A stretch of DNA of 64,000 bases from Octopus vulgaris. Lineage: Eukaryota. The notes under the pieces were generated by a model. That model did no database searches. It had not been told where the DNA came from and saw only the letters and a list, made by a program, of their open reading frames with translations. The position numbers and the translations under genes are program-made. Shown one piece after another: positions 1 through 13,659 of this stretch (positions are counted from its first letter, which is position 1; every line of letters starts with the position of its first letter). The stretch spans positions 50,468,001-50,532,000 of the forward strand of contig OX597829.1 in NCBI GenBank assembly GCA_951406725.2. Reading direction: 5' to 3'.

Positions 1-110
1 AACCTGGCTGAAGCTCCTCTCCATCTAACCTTGTGGATACAGCATACATCAACATACCTCCATTCAAGCATCTCTACAATCTTGTTAGATCTACATTTCA
101 GTGTGCCAAC
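1..110 (-). mobile_element. RTE-type LINE, AP-endonuclease N-terminal remnant
   Basis: Minus strand reads VGTLKCRSNKIVEMLEWRYVDVCCIHKVRWRGASAR, matching the APE start (NV.TL...E...R.VD.CC.QE.RW.G). Confidence 0.6.
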
Positions 111-394
111 TCTGAAAACTTGGAAAGGGATGTGGGATGGAACATGGGAAGGAGAGATGTTATTCAACGCCCAAAAAGGAGCTTTCCATGATCATTTGAT
201 ACCAGACATGTCATAACAGTTGCTCTCACTCTTAACCTATCATCATTAAAACAAGTTAAAATTGTTGCCTCTACTGGGGAGTGAGAGTAAGGTAAGCATT
301 GTAAATATAAGCATTACTGCAGCTGAAAATATAGATATAAATATACCAATGTTCAATTAAGTAAGTAAATGGGCGGCTATTTGGTTTTATTCCC

Positions 395-439
<45 letters not shown>

Positions 440-973
440 CACACATACATACACACATATATACATATATATATACACACACATATATATATATATATAT
501 ACATACACACATATATACATATATATATACATATGTACACACATACATACGTGTATATATATATATATATATACATAGAGAGAGAGAGGGAGGGGCGAGA
601 AGATGGTTTGGAAGGGAGGGATGGATGGAGGTATGTAGATCTGGGGTAGGAAGGAGGCAGAGCCTTGTGGGAGTTTACAGTAAAAGAGGGAAGAGATTTC
701 AGAGTAAAGAGAGGAGATTACCGGTATACAGGAGAAGGGATTTCTGGTATTGGTGGTGAGGACAGGAAAGGGTGCGTGCATCGCAAGAAAAAGAAATGGG
801 ATTACAGGGTAGCTTCACATTAAGCTTACAAAGTGAATTTTACTCAGGTTTGTTTAGCAAGTTAGCAATACAAGTTAAATGAATGAATGAAGAGAATGAT
901 GAATGATTAAGAAGTGGGAGGATTTCTTAGCTTATTGGCTGGACATTACGCAGATGGGGACACACACACATAC

Positions 974-1035
<62 letters not shown>

Positions 1036-1544
1036 TTACTTTTCATTTGTCTTGCTCACTTACGTTTCTGGTGTGCTAAATTTTCTGGAGAACAATTCTT
1101 AGTGGTTAAGACCATAGCGGATCTTCTTCTAGCATAAGGGTTTCCACATAGTGGTAAAAAATTCCCTCTTATATATATGTATATATATGTATATATATAT
1201 ATGTGTGTATATATATATATATCTTAATTTTTTTTTAAGACCAGGCTATCAGATGTTGCTACACATCACTGGTCACAATGTGCTTTGCATTATTTTAGCC
1301 TTCAAGGGATGCCACCCCGCTGGCTAAGCAAGCAGGCCACACACACACATATATATATATAAAAATATATATACAATTAAGAGAAATAACCTCTATTAAG
1401 CAATTCAGTAATGAAAGACTTTATCTATATCATAAAGAAAAAATTTAAACACATTATAATAAATATTATTCAAAAAATCACTAAATTAAATTGCTAAATT
1501 GAATTTTTCCCTGTAAGTTTGGAAATGTATTCCCTACTACTACT

Positions 1545-1576
<32 letters not shown>

Positions 1577-1997
1577 TATAATGATGATAAGAAGTGACAA
1601 CAAAAGAATGAGACCTCAATATTAGAGAAATAGAAGATTATTTATATATGTTATAATTTAGAAAAAAGTGTAAAAGGTTGTCATTATAATACTCTGAGTT
1701 TCGAATGTTGGCGTGAAGAGCTACAATGCATTCTTGTTGGCGATTAATGGCAACAGATGCTATGAAAATCCGTTGAATACAAGGGAAGTTACTCTAATAG
1801 GTAGAAAAAGATAAAAAATACATGCAACCATATTCTCACAATACATTGACATAAATCTCCTGCATTCATAACAGCTACATACGTACGCACTCACACAAAC
1901 ATGTATACATACATGCACATACACACACATATATGTGGATGTACTTACTCATACATACACATATCCACACACACACACATATATTTATGTATGCATA

Positions 1998-2039
<42 letters not shown>

Positions 2040-2476
2040 TATATATATATGTGTGTGTGTGTATATGTGTACACAACATCATCCTCATATACAAATAGGT
2101 GTTTGCGTGCATACATGTAACATAATACATTCATATGGACTGGCTCCTGTGCAGGTGGCACATAAAAAACACCATTTGAGCATGGCCGTCGCCAGTACCG
2201 CCTGACAGGCCCTCATAGCAGTGGCACGTAAAAGCACCCACAACACTCAGAGTGGTTGGCGTTAGCAAGGGCATCCTGCTGTAGAAACTCTGCCAGATCA
2301 GATTGGAGTCTGGTGCAGCCATCATGTTCGCCAGTCCTCAGTTAAATCGTCCAACCCATGCTAGCATGGAAAGCGGATGTTAAGGAACTAGCAGGGGCCC
2401 AGGAACCACACTAGGCTCCATTCTCTGTTTTGGCATGGTTTCTACAGCTTGATGCCCCAGGCAAGTAATAAGTTTC

Positions 2477-2890
2477 AAACAGAAGCCAAGTGCCGTTATT
2501 GAGTTCTTGGTGAATGAGGGCTGCAGACTGTCCCATGTTCCACATCCATAGTAAGCTACAGGTTGTTGTTGAAGAGATAACACCATTGGCAAAAGCAATG
2601 TGCACAAATGGATGAAAAAATTTAAAAGCTTTGAAGATAAATCATGCAGTGGAAGACCATCAACCGTGTCCACTGACATTCACCGATGAGTGGATGAATT
2701 GGATCATGCGGACAGGCAAGTCACAGTCTGTGAGCTTGAGTCACAGCTAGAGTATGGTTACAATGCATTACAAAAGATGGTGAAAGAATTTGGATATTAA
2801 GAATTATATGCAAAATGAGTTCTTTGGCAGCTGACATCTGTTTTGAGGAGAGAAAAATTGAAGGTTCCTCTGATCTGCTGAAAGTGTGTG
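2477..2890 (+). mobile_element. Degenerate mariner transposase fragment (N-terminal HTH)
   Basis: Frameshifted AVIEFLVNEG...IGKSNVHKWMKKFKSFEDKSCSGRPST. Confidence 0.6.
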
Positions 2891-4072
2891 TAATCAATGA
2901 AAACGTTTTTTTTTTGGGGGGGGGGTTACACCAATATGGTGCAAAGGGAATGAAACATGAGTGATTCTTTATGATCTGCAAATGAAGATTCAGGCCACGG
3001 AATGGTGCCACACTATGTCGCCAAGAGCCAGCAATCGACACAGAAAGATGATCTAACCACCTGTCCAGTTGAACTGTCCCTAGTCTTCAAAGACAATGAT
3101 TTGATGACATAGACAGTTGAAGGTCATGAATGAGTTGAGTCCTGCAGTGCACACCTGAATATTTTCAAAAAGAATTCAGGTGTTGGATTTATTGATGGCA
3201 CAAATGCATCATTTGTGATGCAGATTATTATGTTGGATAGTGGCACTTATGAATAGAGGAAGAGGTATTCTACTGACATGTGTAATTTGAAAGATCTGTG
3301 TCTGTTAATAAAAGAAATTGGGTCGACTCTTGCATTACTTTCAGTACAACCTTTGTGTGTATGCATGTGTCTAGATAGATGGGTGGATGGATAGGTAGGT
3401 AGATGGATAGATAGGTAGGCAGGCGGGCAGATAGATCAATAGATAGACAGCTAGGTAGCTAGCTAGCTAGATAGGTAAGTATGTAGGCAGGCAGATAAAT
3501 AAATAGATAGGTAGGTAAGTAGATAGGTAGGTAAATAGATAGGTAGATAGCTAGGTAGGTAGGCAGGCAGGCAGATAAATAGATATATAGGTAGGTAGGT
3601 AAGTATGTAGGCAGGTAGATAGATAGATACATGAGTGTATGGTTAAGAAATTTGCTTCCCAACCACATGGTTATCAGTTCAGTCCTACTGCATGGCATCT
3701 TGGATAAGTACCTTCTACTATTGGTCCAGGTCAACCAAAACCTTGTGAGTGGATTTAATTAACAGAAACTGAAAGAAGCCTATCATATGTGTGTGTGTGT
3801 GTACACATGCATGCATGTGAGTGTGTTAGCATCTCCTTGCCTTGAAGTCCTATAAATAAGTGTTATTGTTATGCAAGCGGTATCCTTCATTTCCAATCTT
3901 CTATGAAAACTAGTCTGGCCATGAGGAAATATTGCATTGCTTGGAGACAGGTGAGAGATTGGTAACAGGAAAAGCATTTTGGCTGTAAAATATCTTGCTA
4001 TAAACTCAGTCCAATCTATGCAATCAGGGAAAGGTGGACATTAAAACATCAAAACAATGATGATAATGATAT

Positions 4073-4410
4073 AAAGACCACCTTCAGTCATGAATGACCA
4101 AGGGATTGCACCAAGAAAGTTCTCCACTGAGGCACAAGTCCAGCCAAGGTTGTTTATGGAAGACAAGCAGTCACTTGTGCATACCAGCCTCCCTTCTCCA
4201 CACCACTGATGTTATCCTAGGGAAAGGCAAAGGGGCCGATACAGCTTGGCACCAGTGATGTCGCAATTCATTTCTACAGCTGAGTGAACTGGAGCAGCAT
4301 GAAATAAAGTGCCTTGCTCAAGAACACAACACGCAGCCTGGTCTGGGAACTGAACTCACAACCTCATGATTGTGAGCCTGATGATCTAACCACTGAGCTA
4401 TGCACTTTCA
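4073..4410 (-). mobile_element. tRNA-derived CORE-type SINE (family D); other copies at 15530-15866(-), 15920-16220(-), 21650-21925(+), 46519-46895(+)
   Basis: tRNA-like A/B boxes (AGCTCAGTGGTTAGA / GAGTTC), CORE-like GTGTTCTTGAGCAAGGCACTTTATTTC, shared body across copies. Confidence 0.75.
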
Positions 4411-4423
4411 CTATATGTATATA

Positions 4424-5341
4424 TATGCAAGCGGGCACCCAATAGAAACCAGAATTTTGCAATGTTATTTTATTCACTTAGTTTTACACATTTACACTTT
4501 TATCGTCTTCAAAGTATCATCCATTTAAAGTAAAGCATTGATCCAGATGCATTTTCCACTGTTTGAAGCAGTCCCGGAACTCTTGCGAAGTGATTCCTTT
4601 TAACACTTCCATCGTTTTTTTTTCTTCACCTCTTCCATGTCTACAAATTCCATTGCACCAGCTTTTGTCACCAGTGATTACCTTTGAAAAAAAAGTTCAG
4701 ATCAACTTTCAATTGTTTTTCCATTCACAACATGCATTCAGTCATGACTGCTTTTAATTTTCCATGAGCAAGCGAGGCACAAATTTTGCTGAAACTTTTT
4801 CCATTTGCAATTCCTCACTCAAAATTCGTTGGCTGGTGCTCCAGGACACAAAAGTCTTATCAATAAATTTGTCAATTGTTTGGTGATGGTTCTCCAAGAT
4901 CAGTTTGTGAATTTTCATGATGTTTTCATTTGTTCAGGAGGTTGATGGTGGCCCTGAACGAGGTTGGTTCTGAAGCAACAAGTGACCATTCCTAAAGAAT
5001 GGAAACCACTCGTAAACTTGTGTTTTGCTTATGGCAGTGTCCTTGTAAGTGGTTTGAAGCATGACAACTGTTTCAGCCACTGTTTTCCCCAGCAGAAAAC
5101 AGAATTTCATGGCAGCATGCTGTTCCTTCATTTCAGCCATTGCAAAAATTGATGAACAGGGGAGAAGCACTGCAAAACAAAAATCCACCAAGTGGCAGTA
5201 TGACTCCACCTGATATTATACTGGTTGGCAAACTGATGCCTGATGGTCACATTAAGTGGATTCTAGTGGTGGAAGCCTGAATTACGATGGTCTTGTCCCA
5301 CAGAGAACATTTTCTGTTACTCTTGGGTACTTGCTCAACAT
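4424..5341 (-). mobile_element. Internally deleted mariner element
   Basis: ORF 4934-5209 encodes mariner HTH (EQHAAMKFCFLLGKTVAET...VYEWF...PRSGPPSTS); C-terminal G.YFE remnant near 4500-4520; imperfect TIRs at 4424-4460 and 5305-5341. Confidence 0.8.
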
Positions 5342-5637
5342 CAGCAATATCAAATTCAAATCAAATCGAAATTGAAGTTGTGAGCCCCATGCCAGTAGCA
5401 CGTAAAAAGCACCATCCAAACGTGGCTGATGCCAGCTCCTCTGGCCCCTATGCTGGTGGCATGTAAAAAGCACCAACTACACTCTCAGAGTGGTTGGCGT
5501 TAGGAAGGGCATCCAGCTGTAGAAACACTGCCAGATCAGATTGGGGCCTGGTGCAACCTCCTGGCTTCCCAGACCCCAGTCAAACCATTCAACCCATGCT
5601 AGCATGAAAAACAGACATTAAACGATGATGATGATGA

Positions 5638-5671
<34 letters not shown>

Positions 5672-6708
5672 ACACTCACACACGCCAATGTTGAACAGTG
5701 AGAATGGGTGCTGTATACCACATTGATGAATAAATATTCTTTATTTGTGAGTTAACAAGGCTCCCCATAGTTTCATGTACCGAGTAATCTTCTATTGATT
5801 ATCAAGTCTCCCATGATCTGTATATTTATTTATTCTGAAATCCCGTGCTGTCATGTGTAACTTTGTGTATTCTCATCCAAATGGAGATGAGTACCAATCT
5901 TCTCATGTTGAGATTCCTCTTTATGTGAAACTATTAATAGCTTTGTTAATCCCAAATAAAGTATATACATACATTAATGATTTTACTGCTAACCCTAAGA
6001 AATTGGTTGTGATTGAACAGATAGATCTATAATCAAAAGTATTGATTCTTTTTAACCTATCAAAAGTACTGTTGAATTCATGTATCCGGTATACATTAAA
6101 GTTGGTACAGTTCACAACTATAGACAGACAGAGCGCTGTTATGTTATAACAGTGCTCCCACTGCCTGTAATACAATATAAGGTGGAAAGCTGGTAGAATC
6201 CTAACCATGCTGAGTAAAATGCTTAGTGGAATTTTATCCATCTTTATGTTCCAAGTTCAAATTACGCCTAGGACAACTTTGCCTTTCATTTTTTTTTGGG
6301 GGGGGTGGATCGATAAAATAAGTACCAGTTGAGCAATGGTAATCAACTAAGCCCCTCCCCTGAAATTGCTGGCCTTGTGCCAAATTCTGAAACTAATATA
6401 TGAAGAAAGCTGTTTTGGGTCAAATTCTATGGTTCTCTATTAAGAAACATGATTCCACTCCAGTGTAATTTCTTGTTACCAGAAGTTATTTCTCATTTTT
6501 ATTTTTTATGTTCTTTAATTTGTTTTAGATGTTATTACCAGGGCCATGCTGCAGCACCACATTCCTATATGTTTCCATTTAAGTTTTCTTTTTCTTTTGT
6601 TTTACATCCATGTGGAGGATTCCCATTTGATTCTCTATGTTTGTAATATACATTCATTTACATACATAACAAAAATTTTGCCCTTTTATTCTTTTGTCTT
6701 CTGAACAG

Positions 6709-6831
6709 ATAATACTGTGGGGCCGCCACGTACAGTCACTCTCCCAGACCAGTACAGAAGTGTGTGCACTGGGAACCCCTTGTGTTTACATGCAATGTGA
6801 TGTCAGTATCAAAGAAGATATCGACAAACAG
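6709..6831 (+). CDS. DHRS3: DHRS3-like short-chain dehydrogenase/reductase, internal exon (first in window; phase 0/0)
   Basis: Acceptor ttttgtcttctgaacag, donor GTATTC; 123 nt = IILWGRHVQSLSQTSTEVCALGTPCVYMQCDVSIKEDIDKQ, resembling DHRS3 IVLWGR...CDV (Rossmann beta2-beta3). Confidence 0.9.
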
Positions 6832-7152
6832 GTATTCTTTCATTCTTTAATTCTTTTATTCTTCTACTGCTTTCAATTATTGGTCTGCTGATAGAGTGAT
6901 GATCCGTGTTTGAAGATTTTAATCAGTTATATCAACATCAACACTTTTCCTTGCATATTATGTTACCATCTTCATGAAGGAAAAGTGGTAAATCAACCTT
7001 GGCATAAAGGGATAATTAAAATGTTTTTTCTGTTTTTTTTTGTTCCTCTCACTCACATTCATACACAACTGGATGACCTCCCTAAACAATTTTATCTACA
7101 AAATTTTACTTGTAGCATTTTGATTGACCCAGAACTATAGAACTTAAACATG

Positions 7153-7199
<47 letters not shown>

Positions 7200-7653
7200 C
7201 CTATTAATAATTGTTTGATAAGTGCCAACGAACAAACCTCTCAGCCCTTGAATCACCTGTAACTTCTACCGATTATTAATAAAACACACACACATGTAAT
7301 TATTCCACAGCATATCTTTCCCTTTTCACTAACTGTACACACATATTCAGGGTGTTTTGGGCTAAATTTGACAGTTTGCATAAAAGGGGAGAAAAAAAAA
7401 ACACAACATCCCATCCTAAAATATTAGTATTTAAAAAAAATTTTTTAAATATGAAATTAGATTATAACTGAAAGATACCAGTTTAGCCAGAGTAACCACC
7501 CTCAGTCTTCCACAATGACCTCAACATACCTCTGGAGCTTGGCACATGTGTTCTTCACTGTATCACTGGAATGTTCTTCAAATACCTCTTTGATCTTGGC
7601 TACCAGCTCAGCCTTGATGTTGCAGGCAGAGCAGTTGATGTCTTTCGCAACAG

Positions 7654-8252
7654 CACCCCTATTGGCCACTCCTACTGGCCACCCCTACTGGCCACCCCTA
7701 CTGGCCACCCCTACTTGCCACCCCTACTGGCCACCCCTCTGGCCACCCCTACTGGCCACCCCTACTGGCCATCCCTACTGGCCACCCCTACTGGCCATCC
7801 CTACTGGCCATCCCTACTGGCCACTCCTACTGGCCACCCCTACTTGCCACTCCTACTGGTCACCCCTACTGGCCACCCCTACTGGCCACACCTACTGCCA
7901 CCCCTACTGGCTACCCCTACTGGCCACCCCTACTGGCCACACCTACTGGCCATCACTACTGGCCACCCCTACTGGCCACCTCTACTGGCCACCCCTACTG
8001 GCCACACCTACTGGCCATCCCTACTGGCCATCCCTACTGGCCACCCCTACTGGACACACCTACTGGCCACCCCTACTGGCCACCCCTACTGGCCACCCCT
8101 ACTGGCCACTCCTACTGGCCACTCCTACTGGCCACCCCTACTGGCCACCCCTACTGGCCACACCTACTGGCCACCCCTACTGGCCACCCCTACTGGCCAC
8201 CCCTACTGGCCATCCCTACTGGCCACCCCTACTGGCCACTCCTACTGGCCAC
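7654..8252. repeat. 13-bp minisatellite (GGCCACCCCTACT)n, about 46 units
   Basis: Direct reading; explains the WPPLLATPTGHPY repeat ORFs. Confidence 0.97.
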
Positions 8253-8366
8253 AACATCGTAGTTTCTCTGGCAGCTGTTCATGTCATGTATTACAGCATT
8301 TTCAGTGTTCACAAAGCAGCAGTGAAGACATCAGCGTTTTGATACCCAGTCTAAATCATCACGATA

Positions 8367-8956
8367 CTATTTCTTTACTACCCACAAGGGGCTAAACACA
8401 GAGGGGACAAATGGATTAAGTCAATTATAGTGACCCCAGTGCGTAACTGGTACTTATTTAATCGACCCCGAAAGGATGAAAGGCAAAGTCGACCTCGGTG
8501 GAATTTGAACTCAGAACGTTGTGGCAGACAAAATACCTATTTCTTTACTACCCACAAGGGGCTAAACACAGAGAGGACAAACAAGGACAGACAAAGGGAT
8601 TAAGTCGATTACATCGACCCCAGTGCGTAACTGGTACTTATTTAATTGACCCCGAAAGAATGAAAGGCAAAGTCGACCTCGGCGGAATTTGAACTCAGAA
8701 CATAAAGACGGACGAAATACCTATTTTTTTACTACCCACAAGGGGCTAAACACAGAGAGGGAATGAACAAGGACAGACAAAGGGATTAAGTCGATTACAT
8801 CGACCCCAGTGCGTAACTGGTACTTATTTAATCGACTCCGAAAGGATGAAAGGCAAAGTCGACCTCGGCGGAATTTGAACTCAGAACGTAACCGCAGACG
8901 AAATACTGCTAAGCATTTCGCCCGGCGTGCTAACGATTCTACCAGCTCGCTGCCTT
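8367..8956 (-). mobile_element. Tandem trimer of tRNA-SINE family A (two 5'-truncated plus one full unit)
   Basis: Three consecutive TATTTCTTTACTACCCACAAGGGG...GAACTCAGAAC units; flanked by repeated ATCATCACGATACT (8356-8369, 8969-8982). Confidence 0.85.
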
Positions 8957-9456
8957 ATCATCACCAGTATCATCACGATACTGGTAACTCTCTTCCAATA
9001 CTCAGATGACTTCCAGTCCTTCGTGTCAACTGACCTTTTTCTCAACTACAACTTTAATCTTTACGCTATCCAACACTGTTGACTGTCCCCAAATACATCA
9101 GGTTGTCCCCGAAAAAAGGAGACCTAGGATATTGTCAAATTTACCCTGAACGTCCCACATGTTTATCTGGCTTCTAATTCAATCTCAAGTTTGTCTTACC
9201 AAAATGCTGGTTAAAAGATAATATGGGTTTCTGGTTATGGTATTCTTTTTTTTTTTACTGTAGCCATGCTGGAGCACCACCTTTTAGTTGAAGAAATTGA
9301 CCCCTCAGTTTATTCTTTGTAAGCCTGGTACTTATTTTATTGGTCTCTTATGGCGAACAGCTAAGTTATAGGGACATAAACACACCAAGATCAGTTACCA
9401 ATAGTGGAGGGACAAACATAGACGCAAACACATAAATGTATAAATATATATATATA

Positions 9457-9833
9457 CACTACCGTCAGAAATTAATTAGCACCCTTGATTTGCTCTTCAC
9501 TCAAGGTATGTGCTGTCACCTAGTGGCCATATCTCGAACTATTGCTTTGTTGCGAGTTCACTGTTGCACAGAATGATGACGTAACTTTGTTTGCAGAGCA
9601 GTTTGAGAGTCTACAGCCTTATGATGTTGACATAGCAGTGCAACAACTTGGAGTCCGGATGCAGACAAATCTTCCTTTGTTTAATAGATATAGCTAGCGC
9701 CTCGCAAGGACCGAAATCACACCATACTAAGTTTTCTCATCGCGTAAGACGTTTTGAACAGCTCATAGGTTAATTGATTTAACCTATTTAATGTAGAAAT
9801 TTGAGAAGTGCTAATTAATTTCTGACGCAAGTG
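9457..9833. mobile_element. Tc1/mariner-type MITE, copy 1
   Basis: TIRs CACTACCGTCAGAAATTAATTAGCAC / GTGCTAATTAATTTCTGACGCAAGTG, TA on both sides; near-identical copy at 37774-38153. Confidence 0.9.
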
Positions 9834-9835
9834 TA

Positions 9836-9894
<59 letters not shown>

Positions 9895-9928
9895 ATATTT
9901 GAATTATATTGCCAGTTTAGCAAGTGTA

Positions 9929-9980
<52 letters not shown>

Positions 9981-9982
<2 letters not shown>

Positions 9983-10211
9983 CGGCGATCTGGCAGAAAC
10001 GTTAGCACGCCGGGCGAAATGCGTAGCCGTATTTTGTCTGCCGTTACGTTCTGAGTTCAAATTCCGCCGAGGTCGACTTTGCCTTTCATCCTTTTGGAGT
10101 CGATTAAATAAGTACCAGTTACGCACTGGGGTCGATGTAATCGACTTAATCCCTTTGTCTGTCCTTGTTTGTCCCCTCTGTGCGTAGCCCCTTGTGGGTA
10201 GTAAAGAAATA
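9981..10211 (+). mobile_element. tRNA-SINE family A (about 230 bp, MetaSINE-like central domain); many more copies, e.g. 12505-12730(-), 19612-19842(+), 20707-20938(-), 23765-23993(+), 31402-31631(+), 34280-34494(+), 34563-34965(-), 37060-37293(-)
   Basis: GGCGGCGAGCTGGCAGAA head, GAGTTCAAATTCC B box, GCCTTTCATCCTTTCGGGGTCGATAAA domain, AAAGAAATA tail. Confidence 0.9.
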
Positions 10212-10646
10212 TATATATATACACACACACACAATGAGCTTCTTTCAGTTTCCGTCTATCAAATCCACACTCAAGGCTTTGGTGAGCCCAAAGCTGTAGT
10301 AGAAAACTCTTGTCCAATGTGCCACATGCTGGGATTGAACCTGGGACCATGTAGTTGGGAAGCAAGCTTCTTACCACACAACCACGCCTGGAACTGCTAA
10401 TTTTTAAACCATATCATTTACCCCTAAGCTACGCTAACTGGCACCATTGCTTTTCTTTTATCATCAGCATCGTCATCAATGTTTTAACGTTACAGGAGTT
10501 AGACAGTTTGTTGAGGCAGATATTCTACGCCCTGATGCCCTCTCTTTCACCAATCCTCACCTGTTTCCAAGTAAAGGTAATATCTCTTCATGATCAGACA
10601 GGTTTTCTCAGATTAAAACAACTATCATGCAATGTCTAGGCAAGAA

Positions 10647-10931
10647 CATGCACACACAAACACACACACACATGCACACACACAATCACACACATGAACA
10701 CACACACACACATGCACAATCACACACACAATCACACACACATGCACACACACAATCACACACATGCACACACACACACACACACAATCACACACACACA
10801 CACAATCACACACACAATCACACACACATGCACACACACAATCACACACACATGCACACACACATGCACACACACATGCACACACACATGCACACACACA
10901 TGCACACACAATCACACACACACATGCACAA

Positions 10932-10965
<34 letters not shown>

Positions 10966-11160
10966 ACACACACACAATCACACACACACATGCACAATTA
11001 CACACACACATACACACACACACGATCACACACACATGCACACACACGCAATCACACACACACACACAATCACACACACACACGCACGCACACACACACA
11101 CAATCACACACACATGCACAATCACACACACACAATCACACATGCATGCACGCACACACG
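10647..11160. repeat. Compound (CA)n microsatellite with ATG/ATC interruptions
   Basis: Direct reading; source of the His/Thr and Cys/Val ORFs. Confidence 0.95.
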
Positions 11161-13096
11161 TTTCAGTGATGCCTGGTGGTTGTTGTATTGGTGGTTGCTG
11201 CCCTCCTAAATTTCAAGCAGGGGTATAACCAAAGTTTTCCAATAAGATTTGTGATTAAATTTTCGCTGGGTGTGCAACACACACTTTGCACGCGTGGCAG
11301 ATACTGGTGTCATGCAAATGGCACCCATGCCAGTGGCACATAAAAACACCCATTACATTCTTGGAGTGATTGGCGTTAGGAAGGGCATCCAGCCATAGAA
11401 AACCATGCCAAATCAGACTGGAGTCTGGTGCAGTTCCCCAGTTTGCCAGCCCTGGTCAAATCCGCCAACCCATGCCAGCATGGACAACGGATGTTAAATG
11501 ATGATGATGATGATGATGATATATTTATTTATGTAGAGAATGGACTTTCTTTCAATTTCTGTTTACTAAATCTTCTCACAAAGCTTTGATTGGCCAAGGG
11601 CTACAGTAGAAGATACTTGGCGAAGATTCCACAAAGTGGGGTCGAACCCATAACTCTGTGTGGTAGAAAGCAGACTTTTTACCACACAACTATGCCTGCA
11701 CCTATACTCTTTTACTCTTTCTTGTTTCAGTCATTTGACTGCGGCCATGCTGGAGCAACGCCTTTAGTCGAGCAAATTGACCCCAGGACTTACTCTTTGT
11801 AAGCCCAGTACTTATTCTATCGGTCTCTTTTGCCGAACTGCTAAGTTTACTCTTTTACTTGTTTCAGTCATTTGACTGCAGCCATGCTGGAGCACCGCCT
11901 TTAGTCGAGCAAATCGACCCCAGGACTTATTCTTTGTAAGCCCAGTACTTATTCTATCGGTCTCTTTTGCCGAACCGCTAAGTAACGGGGACGTAAACAC
12001 ACCAGCATCGGTTGTCAAGCAATGCTAGGGAGACAAACGCAGACACACAAACACACACATATATATATATATACATATATACGACAGGCTTTTTTCAGTT
12101 ACCGCCTACCAAATCCACTCACAAGGCATTGGTTGGTATGGGACTATAGCAGAAGACACTTGCCCAAGATGCCACGCAGTGGGACCGAACCCGGAACCAT
12201 GTGGTTTGTTAGCAAGCTACTTACCACACAGCCACTCCTGTGCCTATATGTATCTAAAAAAAATTAAGAAGACATAGATTTCCCAACATTTAAGTTACAG
12301 CTTGTGTTTACTTTACAAATTCATGTGTTATCTATCACTAACATATCGATTTCAAATTCTGGCACTAGGCCAGCAATTTCAGGGATGGTGGGTAAATCGA
12401 TTTCATTGACCCCCAGTACTCAACTAGTATTTCTTTTATCGACTCTGAAAGGGATGAAAGGCAAAGTTGACCTCGGCGGAGTTTGAACTCAGAATGTAAA
12501 ACTAGTCTATTTCTTTATTGCCCACAAGGGGCTAAACACAGAGGGGACAAACAAGGACAGACAAATGGATTAAGTCGATTACATTTACCCCAGTGCGTAA
12601 CTAGTACTTAATTTATAGACCCCGAAAGGATGAAAGGCAAAGTCGACCTCGGCGGAATTTGAACTCAGAACGTAACGGCAGATGAAATACCGCTAAGAAT
12701 TTCGCCCGGCGTGCTAACGTTTCTGCCAGGTCAAAACATTACTAAGCATTTTGTTTGACGTACTTGCCAACATGCTACCTTATCTATCACTAACATATTA
12801 ATGAAATATTGTTAATATTCTCATTTAAATATAAATAGATAATTATGGCATTATTGATCAAATTGGTAATCTTTAGCCATAAAAAAATTTCATGCAGTTA
12901 TCAGGCATGTTTGAAATGAAAGAGTTAATTATCCAACAACATTGAAAATGTTGATTCACAAAGAAATAATGGCTCTGCTTGAACTGTAGTATCTGAAATC
13001 TCTGCTGAGTTTTGAGGCCAAAATGAAAAATTACAGTGTCTTCTCAGAAAATGCATCTTAAGCAGAATTATTATAATACAGTTCTAAGAGATGAGG

Positions 13097-13478
13097 AATT
13101 CTGTACATTATTTACGTTATTTGCATTTGACGAATATTTGTCCTCATCTTGTTTGTTGTTAACACATTTTAGCTGATATACCCTTCAGCCTTCATCAGGT
13201 GTCTTGGGGAAATTTTAAACCTGGGTTCTCATTCCTAAGGTATTTTTCGATGTTAAATTTATTCATCATCATCATCATCATCATCATCATCGTTTAACGT
13301 CCGTTATCCATGCTAGCATGGGTTGGACGGTTCGACCGGGGATCTGGGAAGCCAGAAGGCTGCACCAGGCTCCAGTCTTATCTGGCAATGTTTCTATAGC
13401 TGGATGCCCTTCCTAACGCCAACCACTCCGTGAGTGTAGTGGGTGCTTTTTACGTTATTGTTATTATTATTATTGTTA

Positions 13479-13523
<45 letters not shown>

Positions 13524-13617
13524 TCACTGCCTGGAATTGAACTCGGAATCTTGGGGTTAGTAGCCCGAGCTCTTAACCACTACACCATATGCCTGTGGGC
13601 ATATTGTGTAGTGACCC

Positions 13618-13659
<42 letters not shown>

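Larger units (their letters stand above)
7347..9156 (-). mobile_element. Degenerate Tc1/mariner-superfamily (DD37D/maT-like) element interrupted by a minisatellite and SINEs
   Basis: Imperfect TIRs (..gggctaaatttgaca / tgtcaaatttaccctg..); minus strand 7495-7650 reads INCSACNIKAELVAKIKEVFEEHSSDTVKNTCAKLQRYVEVIVED, like a transposase C-terminus. Confidence 0.55.

Noticed and set aside
1050-1745. Further hammerhead-like traces on the - strand (about 1055-1110 and 1695-1745; also 36755-36815 and 47525-47585)
   Set aside because: GAAAC-like boxes with partial stems exist but the CUGANGA box is too decayed to call.
1-6708. First exon of the SDR gene (TGxxxGxG)
   Set aside because: No glycine-rich motif with a suitable donor was found; presumed upstream of the window.
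7515-8395. Two ~275-aa ORFs with WPPLLATPTGHPY repeats
   Set aside because: Read-through of a stop-free 13-bp minisatellite inside a transposon remnant; no splice or domain support.
10625-11228. His/Thr-rich and Cys/Val-rich ORFs (also the many YI, poly-M, poly-I, poly-N and poly-H ORFs elsewhere)
   Set aside because: Translations of (CA)n, (TA)n, (GAT)n and (AAT)n microsatellites.
13520-13593. Functional tRNA gene
   Set aside because: A/B boxes are present but the acceptor stem is not formed and the head runs into an element body; it is a SINE-like head. The same applies to the heads of families A, B and D.
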